Source: Polyangiales bacterium
Lineage (GTDB): Bacteria; Myxococcota_A; Polyangia; Polyangiales; Ga0077539
NCBI GenBank assembly: GCA_044229975.1
Contig: JBGARZ010000009.1
Span: 347,947 to 411,946, forward strand
DNA length: 64,000 bases
Direction: 5' to 3'
This document shows, piece after piece, positions 18,670-30,000 of this stretch. The notes beneath the pieces were generated by a model. It was given only the letters and a program-made list of their open reading frames with translations, was not told where the DNA came from and made no database searches. A program made the position numbers and the translations under genes. Each line of letters starts with the position of its first letter. The first letter of the stretch is position 1.

Positions 18670-21015
18670 ATGAGAGCCCACCGCGCCATCGTCGTCTCGC
18701 TCTGTCTCGCCGGGTGCTCCGAGAGCGCCGCCACCGTCACCCAGGACGCCGCGGTCGCCGACGTGCCCGCCGCGACCGACGTCGGCGCCAAGCTGGACGC
18801 CGCGCCCGCTGAGGACGTCGTCGAGGCGGTCGATGTGCAGCCCGATGTTCCGCCTGCGGCGCCGGTGCGCGCGACGGCGCCGTACACCCGCTACGCCAAC
18901 CCCCTCGTCGGAACCGGCGGCCTCGGCTTCGGCACCGGCAGCGCCTTCCCCGGTCCGCAGCGCGCGTTCGGCCTCGCGCGCCCAGGGCCCGACACCACCA
19001 ACGAGCGCGGCGACGCGCCGATCTTCAACCACTGCGCGGGCTACGCGTACTCCGACACGCACATCGGGAGCTTCAGCCAGACGCACCTGCACGGCACCGG
19101 CATCGTCGATTCAGGCGCGCTCGGGTTCATGCCCACCATCGGGATGACCGCCGCCAAGACCGACAACAACAACCGCCTCCAGCGCTTCCGCCACGAGCGC
19201 GAGACCGTCGAGCCCGGCTACTACCGCGTGGCCTTCGACAACAGCGAGATGATCACCGAGGTCACCGCGACCGACCACGTCGCGCTCTATCGGGTGACCT
19301 TCCCGCGCGGCTCCGACGGGCACCTGCTCTTCGACGTGGGCCACACGCTCTCCGAGGTGGACATCACCGAAGGCGAAGTGGCCGTCGACGCAGCCGCGGG
19401 AGAGTTTCGCGGCCGGGCGCGCTTCGCGGGTGGCTACTCCGACCGCTTCGGCGGCGTCGACGTGTACTGGGTCGCGCGCCTCTCGCGCCCCATCGCCCGC
19501 GCCGGGACGTGGTCCGCGGGTGTTCTCGCCGCTGACGCCCGCGCGCAGACCGGAACCACCGTCGGCGCCTACGTCCCCATCGACACGACCACCGACGGGA
19601 CGGTCACCGTGGCCATCGGGCTGTCGTACACGGACATCGAGCACGCCCGCGCCAACCTCGTCGCCGAGGCCAACGACCTCGACTTCGATCGCGCGCGTCG
19701 CGAGACCACCGCGAGCTGGGAGTCGCTGCTCTCGCGGGTGCGCGTCGAGGCGCGCGGCGAGACGGAGCTGCGGAAGATCTACAGCGCCGTCTACCACACG
19801 CTGCTCATGCCGACGCTGGGCTCGGACGTCGACGGAACCTACCGCGGCGTCGACAAGATGGTGCGCCGCGCGGAGGGCTACCGGTACTACTCCGACCTCT
19901 CGCTCTGGGACACCTACCGCACCGAGCACCCGTGGCTCTCGGTGGTCTACCCGGAGTACCAGCGGGACTTCGTTCGGTCGATCATGGCGATGGGCGACGT
20001 GCTGGGGTTCTATCCGCGGTGGCCGCTCGCGACGGGCGAGACCGGCGGGATGCTCGGCGACTGCGGCGCGCTCATGGTGGCCGACTCGTGGCTGCGCGGC
20101 GTGCGCGACTACGACGTGCCGCACGCGTGGAGCATCGCGCGGGCGGGAGCGTTCATGGCGCCGACGCGGCGCGAGTCCATCGAGGAGTACAACACGCTGG
20201 GGTATGTTCCCGTGGACTCGCAGGGGTCGAGCGCGTCGAAGACGATGGAGTACGCCTACGCCGACGGGGCGCTCTCGCGCATGGCGCGCGGCCTCGGTCA
20301 CACCGCCGACGCCGACGCGCTCGCGACGCGGTCGACCAACTACCGCAACCTGTACGACCCCGCGCAGCGCTGGATGGTGGGCCGCCGCCGCGACGGGACC
20401 TTCGTGCCGATGCAGCAGCGCGCCGAGGCGTGGCAGGACTTCTACGCCGAGGGCAACGCGTGGCAGTACCTGTGGTTCGCGCCGCACGACCTCGATGGCC
20501 TCGCGACGATGCTCGGCGGTCGCACGGCCTTCCTCGCGCGGCTCGACGACATGTTCGTGCGGTCGATGGCGGCCCGGCGCACGCCGCTGTTCGACACCTA
20601 CTACTGGCACGGCAACGAGCCCGACATCCACGCGCCGTGGATGCCTTCGGCCTTCGACGACTTCGCGGCCTCGTCGCGCTACGTCGACTGGGTCCGGCGC
20701 ACCCGCTACACCGACGGCCCCGACGGCATCCCCGGCAACGACGACGGCGGAACCATGAGCGCCTGGTACGCCTTCGCGGCGCTGGGGATGTTCCCGATCG
20801 CGGGCACCGAGGACTGGCTGCTCGCGACGCCGTCGGTGACGAGCGCCGAGGTGACGCTGGCGGGTGGCGCGACGCTGCGGGTGACGGCCCCGGCGGCAGG
20901 CACCGGGGCGACGCGATCGCGTGCGCTGCGCTGGGGGACGGAGACGCTGGCGCACCCGCGGCTGACGCAGGCGCAGGTGGCGCAGGGCGGGACGATGACC
21001 TTCGAGCTGGAGTGA
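18670..21015 (+). CDS. glycoside hydrolase family 92 alpha-1,2-mannosidase, lipoprotein
   Basis: 781 aa; lipobox LCLAGCS; GH92 signatures YSDLSLWDTYRTEHPW and GGMLGDCGALMVADSW. Confidence 0.85.
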   Translation: MRAHRAIVVSLCLAGCSESAATVTQDAAVADVPAATDVGAKLDAAPAEDVVEAVDVQPDVPPAAPVRATAPYTRYANPLVGTGGLGFGTGSAFPGPQRAFGLARPGPDTTNERGDAPIFNHCAGYAYSDTHIGSFSQTHLHGTGIVDSGALGFMPTIGMTAAKTDNNNRLQRFRHERETVEPGYYRVAFDNSEMITEVTATDHVALYRVTFPRGSDGHLLFDVGHTLSEVDITEGEVAVDAAAGEFRGRARFAGGYSDRFGGVDVYWVARLSRPIARAGTWSAGVLAADARAQTGTTVGAYVPIDTTTDGTVTVAIGLSYTDIEHARANLVAEANDLDFDRARRETTASWESLLSRVRVEARGETELRKIYSAVYHTLLMPTLGSDVDGTYRGVDKMVRRAEGYRYYSDLSLWDTYRTEHPWLSVVYPEYQRDFVRSIMAMGDVLGFYPRWPLATGETGGMLGDCGALMVADSWLRGVRDYDVPHAWSIARAGAFMAPTRRESIEEYNTLGYVPVDSQGSSASKTMEYAYADGALSRMARGLGHTADADALATRSTNYRNLYDPAQRWMVGRRRDGTFVPMQQRAEAWQDFYAEGNAWQYLWFAPHDLDGLATMLGGRTAFLARLDDMFVRSMAARRTPLFDTYYWHGNEPDIHAPWMPSAFDDFAASSRYVDWVRRTRYTDGPDGIPGNDDGGTMSAWYAFAALGMFPIAGTEDWLLATPSVTSAEVTLAGGATLRVTAPAAGTGATRSRALRWGTETLAHPRLTQAQVAQGGTMTFELE

Positions 21016-21016
21016 C

Positions 21017-21613
21017 ATGAAGACAGCCACCATGGCGCTCGGAGGGGCGCTCGCGATGATCCAGGGGTGCGCGACGGTGTTGCCGGAGCCGCTGCGGCTG
21101 CCGCCGCGGAGCGCGCCCATCGAGCACCGCATCGCGGCCTACCGGGGTCATGCCGCGATGCCGCACGTCACGTTCAGCGGGTGGGCGATGCGCCTCGGCG
21201 ACGAGGAGCTGGCGCCGCTCGGTGAGGTGCGGCCGTACCTCGCCAACTCGCCCGGGGCCGAGGAGCAGATGCACGCGCGGGACAACCAGATGGCCATCGG
21301 CTGGACCCTCTTCGGCGTCGGCCTGGCGTCGATGCTGAGCGCCGTCGCGGTGGTCCCCGCCTACTCCGATCGGGGCGGCTCGGTCAGCGGCGAGGTGACG
21401 CTCCCCCTCACGCTGCTCCTCGTCGGCGCCGGGCTCGCCGTCCCCGCGGCCTTCGTGATGAACGCCGCGCAGCGTCGCGTTCCGCCCGCCGCCGAAGCCT
21501 ACAACCGCTGGCTCTGGAACGAGCTCGACCTCCCGCGCGTCGCCCCCGACGGCCGCGTCGTCGGCCCCACGCCACACCCCGCGCTGTCGCCCTCGCCGTG
21601 GGCATTGCCGTAG
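21017..21613 (+). CDS. lipoprotein of unknown function
   Basis: MKTATMALGGALAMIQGCAT lipobox; ATG 1 nt after the GH92 stop, so likely co-transcribed. Confidence 0.5.
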   Translation: MKTATMALGGALAMIQGCATVLPEPLRLPPRSAPIEHRIAAYRGHAAMPHVTFSGWAMRLGDEELAPLGEVRPYLANSPGAEEQMHARDNQMAIGWTLFGVGLASMLSAVAVVPAYSDRGGSVSGEVTLPLTLLLVGAGLAVPAAFVMNAAQRRVPPAAEAYNRWLWNELDLPRVAPDGRVVGPTPHPALSPSPWALP

Positions 21614-23400
21614 GCGCGCACGCCACCGAGAAGCGCCACCGACACGCCCGACTGATCACCCTCCGCCTCGCCCTCGAAGACCTCCACCGGCCTCTCCGGG
21701 ATGCCCGTCGCGCTCCCATGGAACACCCGCGTCTCGCCCGTCCTGTCGCGTCCACCGCGCGTCGCCTGCCCCGCGCCGATGACCACGTCCGCGTAGCCGT
21801 CGCCGTCGACGTCGCCCGCGCTCGACGCGGCGTTGCCGAAGAAGTCCCCCGCCGCCGTGCCCTCGATGACCCGCACCGCGGTCGTCGGGATGCCCTTCGT
21901 GCTCCCGTGAAAGATGCTCACCACGCCCAGCTCGCGGCGGCCGCCGCGGGTGGCGCCGAAGGCCCCGACCACGAGGTCATCGAAGCCGTCGCCGTTGACG
22001 TCCCCCGCGCCCGCCGTGCAGCTGAAGAAGTCCAACGCCGCGTCGCCTCCAAGCACCACCGCCGCGGTCAACGGAAGGCCCGACGCGCTGCCGTGGTACA
22101 CGCTCGCCGTGCCCGCCCGCTCGTGCCCGCCGGGGTCGCTCCCGTTGGCGCCGACCACGAGGTCGCTGTACCCGTCGCCGTTGACGTCGCCCGCGGTCGA
22201 CAGCGAGTTGCCGAACTGGTCACCCGCCGCGCCGCCCCGTAGCACCCGCGCGGCCGCCATCGGGAGCCCCGTCGCGCTCCCCAGGAAGACGCTCACCGTT
22301 CCCGCGTTGGTCACCCCGCCGGGGCTGCCGTAGACCGCCGTGACCGCGACGTCGCTGTACCCGTCGCCGTTGACGTCGCCCGCGCCCCGCACCGTGTAGC
22401 CGAAGCGCTCACCCCGCGCCGTGCCTTCGAGCACCCGCGCCGCCGTCTCCGCGATGCCCGACGCGCTCCCGTGAAAGACGCTCGTCGACCCCACCCCGCT
22501 GTGCCCGCCCGGGCTCGCGCCGTAGGCCCCGACGATGACGTCCGCGTAGCCGTCACCGTCGACGTCCCCCACGCCCGCCGCCGAGAACCCGAACCCGTCG
22601 TCCTGGGCGACCCCGTGGAACACCCGCTGCGGCGTCTCGCCCAGCCCCATCGGACCACCGAGGTACACGCTCGCGCTGCCCGCCGACCCGGGCATCCCTT
22701 CGAGGGCGGTGGCGCCGATGATCACGTCGCCGTAGCCGTCGCCGTTGACGTCGCCCGCGCTCCCCACCGACACGCCGAAGCGGTCTTGCGCCGTCACCCC
22801 TTCGAGCACCCGCGCCGCCGTCGGCGAGACGCCCCCCGGACCGCCGTGAAACACGCTCGCGATGCCCGCGTCGCGGCGCCCGTTGGGGTCGGCGGTGTAG
22901 GCCCCGATGAGCACGTCGTCGTAGCCGTCGCCGTTGACGTCGACGTGGGGATTGGCGCTCGTGTCGACGGCGGTGCTCGCGCTCGTCGCGGGCACGTGGA
23001 AGAGCCACGTCGGGCCGCGCGCCGCGTCGATCGTCGCCCCGGCGCGACCCCGCAGCCGCCAGAACACCACGCTGCGCGGCGGCAGGTCGCGCGTGGGCTG
23101 CGCGCTCGTCCCGGTCGCCATCACCGTCTCGATCACGTTGGTGCACGCGCGGTCGCGACAGAGTTCGACCACCGCCCCGTCGTGCCCCGCGGACAGCGCC
23201 CAGCGCAGCGTCGGCCGGAGCTGCGTCACGCCCCCGAGGGAGAGCGGCGCGAGTGGTCGCGGCGGCGGCACCACGGCGACGTCGACATCGCTCGCGGCGT
23301 CGACCAGGCCGCCGTCGTAGACCCAGACGTCCCGCACGCACGCCGTCACACCGACGATCGCCAACAGCCCGCTGATACGGGCCGCTGCCCCGTGCTTCAT
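21499..23400 (-). CDS. FG-GAP / integrin-alpha-like repeat secreted protein
   Basis: 633 aa; signal peptide; at least 8 repeats of the type DVNGDGYDDVLIGAYTADPNGRRDAGIASVFHG. Confidence 0.8.
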   Translation of the reverse strand: MKHGAAARISGLLAIVGVTACVRDVWVYDGGLVDAASDVDVAVVPPPRPLAPLSLGGVTQLRPTLRWALSAGHDGAVVELCRDRACTNVIETVMATGTSAQPTRDLPPRSVVFWRLRGRAGATIDAARGPTWLFHVPATSASTAVDTSANPHVDVNGDGYDDVLIGAYTADPNGRRDAGIASVFHGGPGGVSPTAARVLEGVTAQDRFGVSVGSAGDVNGDGYGDVIIGATALEGMPGSAGSASVYLGGPMGLGETPQRVFHGVAQDDGFGFSAAGVGDVDGDGYADVIVGAYGASPGGHSGVGSTSVFHGSASGIAETAARVLEGTARGERFGYTVRGAGDVNGDGYSDVAVTAVYGSPGGVTNAGTVSVFLGSATGLPMAAARVLRGGAAGDQFGNSLSTAGDVNGDGYSDLVVGANGSDPGGHERAGTASVYHGSASGLPLTAAVVLGGDAALDFFSCTAGAGDVNGDGFDDLVVGAFGATRGGRRELGVVSIFHGSTKGIPTTAVRVIEGTAAGDFFGNAASSAGDVDGDGYADVVIGAGQATRGGRDRTGETRVFHGSATGIPERPVEVFEGEAEGDQSGVSVALLGGVRAYGNAHGEGDSAGCGVGPTTRPSGATRGRSSSFQSQRL

Positions 23401-23555
23401 GGACCCATAACTCCTTCGCGCCGCTTCGGATTGTCAACGTCGAAGCAGGTGGTCGACGTGGGCCGCGACGCCGGTGGCAGCGCGGTGGCAACGCGCGAAA
23501 ACGCCACATCTGCGGCCACGGCCGAGGCTGGAGTTTCGCGCTGCGATCACCTACC

Positions 23556-24992
23556 GTGACCAGCAACGGAGGGCCCGCCGCCACCAACACCATGGAAGAC
23601 ACGTCCGACACCTTCGATCTCCTCGGTCGGACCTTCGCCGAGAAGTACAAGGTCGAGCGCGTCGTCGCCAAAGGGGGGTTCGGGGTCGTCTACCAGGCGC
23701 GCCACGTCGAGCTCGACACACCCGTCGCGCTCAAGGTGCTGCTGGTGCCGGAGCGCTTCCGGGCGGAGCTGAGGGAAGAGTTTCTGGAGATGTTCAAGCG
23801 CGAGGCGCGCACCATCGCGGCGCTCGCGCACCCGGCCATCGTGCGCGTGCTCGACTATGGCACCGCGCGCTTCGAGTCGGGCGAGGCGCCGTGGATGACC
23901 CTCGAATGGCTCGACGGCCGCACCCTCGAAGCCGACCTCGGCGCGCGCCCCGCCCACGCCGGTCGCTCGCCCGTCGAGACGCTCGCGCTCCTGCGTCCCG
24001 CCTTCGACGCCCTCTCCGTCGCCCACGCGGCGGGCATCGCGCATCGCGACATCAAGCCCGCCAACATGATGATCGTGCGCGCGCGCCGCGGTGAGCCGGG
24101 CCTGCGCGTGCTCGACTTCGGCATCGCGAAGGTCATGGAGGCCGACGAAGAAGCGGGCAGCGGGCAGACCGCCACGCGCACCGAGCTCTCGTCGTACTCG
24201 CTCCACTACGCCGCGCCCGAGCAGGTGAGCCACGCGCGCACCGGACCGTGGACCGACGTGCACGCCCTCGCGCTCATCGCCGTCGAGCTGCTCACGGGCC
24301 GACGCGCCTACCGCTCCACCGACCCCGTCGCCGTCTACGCCGACGTGCTCGACCGCGAGCGCCCCACCCCGAAGCGCGTCGGGGGCGACGTGGGGCCGTG
24401 GGAGGACGTTCTGGCGCGGGCGCTCGCGCTGCGGCCGATGGAGCGCCACGCCGACGCCGACACTCTGCTCGCCGCCCTCGAAGCCGACGTCGATCGAGCC
24501 GAAGTCGCCTGGCAGGCCGGCCACGCTGGCGAGGCTCCCACCGCGGAGACGCGGCCCGCCCCCGTCGCCGTCGCCGCCCCGAAGGTGGTGCCCCCCGACA
24601 CGCTCGCAGGCGCCAGCGCCGTGAGCCGCCAGCCGACGACGCAGCCCCGCCGCCGCGGGCTCGTCCCCCTCGCCGTGGGCCTCGCGCTCGTCGCCGCCGT
24701 CGGCGTGCGGACGCTGATGCGACCCGCCGTCACCGCCGCGACGAGCCCGGGTCACGTCCGACCCGCGCCGATCGTGCGCGCGGAGCCCGTCGTCACCACG
24801 CCGCCGGTCGTCCCCGCCGTGGTCGCGCCCGTGGTCGCGCCCGTGGTCGCGCCGACGATCGCTGCGGTCGTTGCCCCGGTCGCTCCGTCCGTCACGCGGC
24901 GCGGGCGCCCCGTTCGAGCGCGCCCCGTCCCTGTCGCCGCTCCTGTCGCGAGCCCGACACCCGCCCCGACCCCCACCATCGTGATCGAGTAG
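23556..24992 (+). CDS. serine/threonine protein kinase (Hanks type) with Pro/Val-rich tail
   Basis: GGFGVVYQARH...ALKVL, HRDIKPANMM, DFGIAK...APE kinase subdomains; alternative ATG at 23592 (MEDTSD). Confidence 0.85.
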   Translation: MTSNGGPAATNTMEDTSDTFDLLGRTFAEKYKVERVVAKGGFGVVYQARHVELDTPVALKVLLVPERFRAELREEFLEMFKREARTIAALAHPAIVRVLDYGTARFESGEAPWMTLEWLDGRTLEADLGARPAHAGRSPVETLALLRPAFDALSVAHAAGIAHRDIKPANMMIVRARRGEPGLRVLDFGIAKVMEADEEAGSGQTATRTELSSYSLHYAAPEQVSHARTGPWTDVHALALIAVELLTGRRAYRSTDPVAVYADVLDRERPTPKRVGGDVGPWEDVLARALALRPMERHADADTLLAALEADVDRAEVAWQAGHAGEAPTAETRPAPVAVAAPKVVPPDTLAGASAVSRQPTTQPRRRGLVPLAVGLALVAAVGVRTLMRPAVTAATSPGHVRPAPIVRAEPVVTTPPVVPAVVAPVVAPVVAPTIAAVVAPVAPSVTRRGRPVRARPVPVAAPVASPTPAPTPTIVIE

Positions 24993-25011
24993 GCGGAGCA
25001 TCGACCCGACC

Positions 25012-26019
25012 ATGACCCGACGGATCGTTCCCGCTTCACTGCTCGTCACGCTCGCGCTCGCGAGCGGCGTCGCGTCGGCCCAGGACGGCCCCACCGAGGT
25101 CGCGCGGCGCGAGCTCATCGCCCAGGCCGAGGCGGCCGCGACGGCAGGCGATCACGCGCGGGCGGCGCAGCTCGGCGAGCGGGCGGCGCAGCTCCGCGTC
25201 ACGCCCACCATCCAGTACTTCCTCGCGCGCGAACACCTCGCGCTCGAACACCCCGTCGAGGCCCTCGGATACAGCGGGGCCTGCGCGCGCGCCGCCGAGG
25301 CCGACACCACACTTCGCAACCGCGACGGCGTGCTCGCGGCGTGTCGCGCCATCGTGACGACGACCGAGGCCCAGGTGGGACGGGTGACGGTCCACGTCCC
25401 GTCCGATGCGCCGGCGGGGCTCACGGTGCGCCTGCGCGGCGCGGCGTTTCCGTCGACGCTCTTCGACGTGGCGTACCCCGTGGCGCCGGGCACCGTGGTG
25501 CTCGAAGCGAGCGCGCCGGGTCACCTGCCGCTGCGCCGCGAGGCGACCGTCGCCGCGGGTCACACGGAGACGCTCGACGTGCGCCTCGAAGCGGAGCCCA
25601 CGGTGGTGGCGCCGACGCCTCCGGTCGCGCCCGCGGTGGTGGCGGTGGTCGTCCCGCCGCGCGTCGCCGCACCGATGCCGCGCAGCTACAGCATCGGGCC
25701 GTGGATGGTTGTTGGTGGTGGGGCGGCGGCGTTCATCCTGAGCGGGGTGTTCTATGGGTTGGCGTCGAGCGAGCTGAGCGCCCGCGATGGGCTGTGTCCC
25801 GCCCCTTGTGTGGACCCAGGCCCCGAGGCGCGCGCACACGACGCCAGCTACGGCGAACACATCGAGCGAACCAACGTCGCGCTCGGCGTCGGCGCGGCGC
25901 TCGTCGTGGGCGGTGGGGTGTGGCTGCTCGTCGACCGGCTGAGCCACCGCGCGTCGACGGAGACGACGGTGCGCGCAGTCGTGACGCCGAACTCCATCGG
26001 GCTCGCCGGGCGGTTCTAG
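25012..26019 (+). CDS. secreted/membrane hypothetical protein
   Basis: Signal peptide MTRRIVPASLLVTLALASGVASA and C-terminal TM segments; sits next to the Ser/Thr kinase. Confidence 0.5.
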   Translation: MTRRIVPASLLVTLALASGVASAQDGPTEVARRELIAQAEAAATAGDHARAAQLGERAAQLRVTPTIQYFLAREHLALEHPVEALGYSGACARAAEADTTLRNRDGVLAACRAIVTTTEAQVGRVTVHVPSDAPAGLTVRLRGAAFPSTLFDVAYPVAPGTVVLEASAPGHLPLRREATVAAGHTETLDVRLEAEPTVVAPTPPVAPAVVAVVVPPRVAAPMPRSYSIGPWMVVGGGAAAFILSGVFYGLASSELSARDGLCPAPCVDPGPEARAHDASYGEHIERTNVALGVGAALVVGGGVWLLVDRLSHRASTETTVRAVVTPNSIGLAGRF

Positions 26020-26993
26020 ACGACGGTGACCACGGCCCCGGGCGCGAGGCAGAAGCGCAGCCCGCCGCCCCGTCGATCGAAGAGCGCGGTCGCGTCGATG
26101 CCCTCCTCGGCGAGCGCCTGGCGCAATCGATACAGCAGCGAGTTGAGCTCGACGCGGCCGTTTCTCTCGCCGGGCCAGACGCGCGCGCAGAGCAGGTCTT
26201 CGGGGATGAGCTCGCCCGGCGCGAAGGGCGACGGCGGTCGCAGCAGGCACGCCACCAGATCACAGCGCCGCTCGGACAGCGCCGTCGTGTGCACCTGTCC
26301 ACCAATCTCCACCGTGAGCTGACCGCCGCGCGGCATGAACTCCAGCACCACCCGCACGGCCGCCTTCGCCGCGCCCGGTGATGGCGCGGTCACGCCCGCC
26401 ACCTCCACCTGGCGCGCCCGCACGGTGAGCAGCTCGTCGCGGTACCTGATGCGCGACTCGTCCGCGAGCTCGACGCGCTCGCCCGCCGCGAGGACGCGCT
26501 CGCACCACACGTCCGACCGCAGCGCCGCGAGCACCGGGGCCTCGGCGCCCACGTCGATCGCGAACACCGACGGCTCCCAGCCCACGAAGATGAGGTCGTC
26601 GCGCGCGTCGCCGCCGACCCGGTACGTCGGCCCCGTGAGGTAGTGCAGCAGCCCCGTCTCGCGCTCCAGGAACCACGCCACCTTCACCTCCGCGGGCTCC
26701 GCGGCGGTCTCGTCTTCGCCGACGCGGAAGGTCCACCCGCAGACGTCGACGACGTCGCCCGCGCGCAGCGCCGTCAGCGATCGCCGCTCGGCGCCGTTGA
26801 TGAGCACGGGCTCGCGGCCCAGCGGCAGCATCTCGGCGCCCGCCTCGCTCAGCCGCACGACGGCGTGGTACCGGCTGACCTGCGGTCCTTCGAGGACGAT
26901 GGTGCAGTCGGGGCTGCGACCGATCAGCACCTTCGTGGCGCCGATGGCCACGCGCCCCTGCGCCGTGTCGAGCCAGTAGATCTTGGTGGGCAA
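26016..26993 (-). CDS. FHA-domain protein with C-terminal winged-helix (OmpR/BTAD-like) DNA-binding region
   Basis: FHA motif GRSPDCTIVLEGPQVSRYHAVV; C-terminal LIPEDLLCARVWPGERNGRVELNSLLYRLRQAL resembles trans_reg_C. Confidence 0.7.
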   Translation of the reverse strand: MPTKIYWLDTAQGRVAIGATKVLIGRSPDCTIVLEGPQVSRYHAVVRLSEAGAEMLPLGREPVLINGAERRSLTALRAGDVVDVCGWTFRVGEDETAAEPAEVKVAWFLERETGLLHYLTGPTYRVGGDARDDLIFVGWEPSVFAIDVGAEAPVLAALRSDVWCERVLAAGERVELADESRIRYRDELLTVRARQVEVAGVTAPSPGAAKAAVRVVLEFMPRGGQLTVEIGGQVHTTALSERRCDLVACLLRPPSPFAPGELIPEDLLCARVWPGERNGRVELNSLLYRLRQALAEEGIDATALFDRRGGGLRFCLAPGAVVTVV

Positions 26994-27085
26994 TGTCCTG
27001 GTAGGAAGACCAGGCGCTTCGAGCAGGGGCCGGTCTACCGACCGTTACTTTTGCTCAAGAGGTGGGCACCGCGCAATGGACCTGC

Positions 27086-30000
27086 TCAGGGAAGGGCGCG
27101 AGCGCAGCGGAAGCCGACGTACGGGTTGTCGTTCATCGCGGGCGGGGCCGTGAAGCGCCCCACCGAGAGCAGGCCGTTGGGGTCGCTGTCGCCCCACGAC
27201 CCGCCGCGGACGATGCGATCGGCGGTCAGGCTCAGGTTGCTGAGCGGGTTCAGGTTGGACGACCACGACGGGCGGTAGGACTGGAAGGTGTCCGCCATCC
27301 ACTCGTAGACGTTGCCTGCCATGTCGTTCAGCCCGCCGCTCACGCCGGTGGGGTAGCTGCCCACGCGGCGGGTGCCGCCGCCGTCGGTGCCGCCGCAGCC
27401 GCGCCAGAGGGCGCGGTCGCAGCTGGTGCTCGGAGGGGTGTTGCCCCACGGGAAGAGGCGCCCGGAGACGAGCCCCTCGCTGGGAATCGTGCGACCGCGG
27501 GCCGCGAACTCCCACTCGGCCTCGGTGGGAAGGCGGCCGCCGTCCCACACGCAGAACTCCTGCGCCGCCCAGTAGCTGACGGCGTTCATCGGGTGCGCGT
27601 CGCGCGTCGTCGACGCGGGCGACCAGTTGAACGAGCCCGACTGCGCCCCCGGCGCGACCGCCGCCGCGCCCCAGGCGATGGTGTTCGCCCCGGGGTAGGC
27701 GATGGGCGCCGAGCGCACGGTCGCGAGGTCGCGCGAGCGCACCGACCACCATGCGTTGAAGCGCGCCACGGTGACCTCATAGGTGTCCATCGCGAAGCTG
27801 CCCACCGCGATGCTCGGCTGCTCCGGGGTGCCGCCGTAGAACGACGAGGTCGCGTTCGACCCCACCGTGAAGGTGTCGCCGCCGACGATGGCGACGAGGC
27901 CGCAGCCGGGGGTTCCCGCGACCGCGCAGCTCCGCTGGCCGCAGACGCCTGCGACGCACGCCTCGATGGCGCCGCACACGCGCCCGCAGGCGCCGCAGTT
28001 GTTGCGGTCGGTCTGCGCGTTGACGCAGGTCCCCGCGCAGCTCAACTGGTCGGGCGCGCAGAGGGTGGGACCCTCGGCGTAGAGCGCGGCGATCGCGCAG
28101 GGGCTGAGGGCCGTGTTGTAGAGCCGGGCCTCGTCGACGTCGCCGGCGAAGAAGGGGTCGTTGCCCGCCGCCGTGCCCACGCCGTTGACGTGCACCGCGT
28201 GGCGAACGCCCAGGAGGATCTGCGCCACGTTGGCCCCGTAGGCCTGCATCGTGCCCTGGGTGTAGGCCGCGTAGAGCGCGCCGTTGCGGTAGATCTTGAT
28301 GCTGTTGTCCGCCGCGTAGGCGATCGCGATCATCACGCTCGTGGGGTACGCGACGGTCTCCAGGGCGCCGCCGTTGTTGCCCGGGCTGCGCAGGGCGTAG
28401 TAGCTGGCGCTCTGCCACTGGCGCGGGGTGCCCTCGCCGAAGACGATGGCGTCGAAGAGGTCGTCGCCCGCGATCGGGGTGTCGATCGCGAGCACGCCGC
28501 CCGAGCGCTGCGTGAGGTTCTGCGGGCTGACCCAGGCCACGAGGGTCCGCACGGTCACCGTCTGAGGCATCGCGGCGGTACGGGCGTACTGCGTGATGCC
28601 GTCGAGGCCCAGCCGACCTCCGACCACCGACGCGCCGTTGTAGAGCGTCAGGTGGAGGTTGCCGATCGAGTCGTTCCCGGTGCCGTCGTTGAAGGTCCAG
28701 CGGTGGATCGGCGCGGGAGCCGTCGTCGGCGCGCACCCGCAGGCGCCCGCCGTACAAGCCTGCCCGGCCGCGCACGCCTGGCCGCAGGCGCCGCAGTGGG
28801 CGGTGTTGGCGGTGACGTTGACCTCGCAGCCGTTGGCTGCGGTACCGTCGCAGTTGGCGTAGCCCGCGGCGCACCCGCAGGTGCGGCTACCGGGCGTGTT
28901 GGTGCAGACCTCGTTGGCGGCGCAGTTGCCGTTGTTGGTGGCGCACTCGTTGACGTCGACGCAGGCGCCGCCCGCGAGGGTGTAGCCGGTGTTGCACGCC
29001 GCCGGGGCGCAGGCGCCCGCGAAGCAGGCGGCCGTCCCGTTGGCGACGACGCAGGTGTTGCCGCAGCCGCCGCAGTTGGCGGCGCTGCTCCCGAGGTTGA
29101 CCTCGCAGCCGTCGGTGGAGCTCGCGTTGCAGTTGGCGTAGCCCGGCGCGCAGGTAGCGAGGGCGCAGGCGCCCGCGGTGCACGAGCCGGTGCCGTTGGT
29201 GTACGAGCACGCCACGCCGCAGCCGCCGCAGTGGGCGGCGTTGGAGGCGAGCGTCACTTCGCAGCCATTGCTGCCGTCGTTGTCGCAGTCAGCGAGTCCG
29301 CCGGCGCAGACCGCCGTGGTGCATGAGCCCGCCTGGCAGGTGCGTCCCTGGGTGCAGACCACGCCGCAGCCGCCGCAGTTGGCGCTGTCGGCGTTGGCGT
29401 CGACCTCGCAGCCGTTGGTCGTGTTGCCGTCGCAGTCGCGCTGCCCCGGGGCGCACGCGTAGCCGCACACGCCCGCCGAGCAGGTGGCAGTCGCGGACGG
29501 AGCGTCGTTGCAGACGACCCCGCACGCGCCGCAGTTGCCGGTCTCGGTGGCGGTGGAGACCTCGCAGCCGTTGCCCGCGAGGTGATCGCAGTCGGCGAAG
29601 TTCGCGTCGCACGAGCCGACGCCACACGCACCGTTGCTGCACGCCGCCGTGCCGTTGATGGTGGTGCAGGCAGTCCCGCACGCGCCGCAGTTCGAGGCGT
29701 CGGTGGTGATGGCCACCTCGCAGCCGTTGGCCGCGTTGCCGTCGCAGTTGGCGTAGCCCGCAGCGCACGCGCCCATCACGCACGCACCCGCCGCGCAGGC
29801 GGCGCCGGCGTTCGCGAAGGAGCAGGCGTTCTGGCAGCTACCGCAGTGGGCGGCGCTGGAGCCGAGGGAGACCTCGCAGCCGTTGCTCTCGTCGGCGTCG
29901 CAGTTGGCGAGGCCCGCGGTGCAGGTCGTGGCCGAGCACGCCCCGCTCACGCAGGTGCGACCGTCGGTGCAGGCGTTGCCGCAGACGCCGCAGTTGGCGC

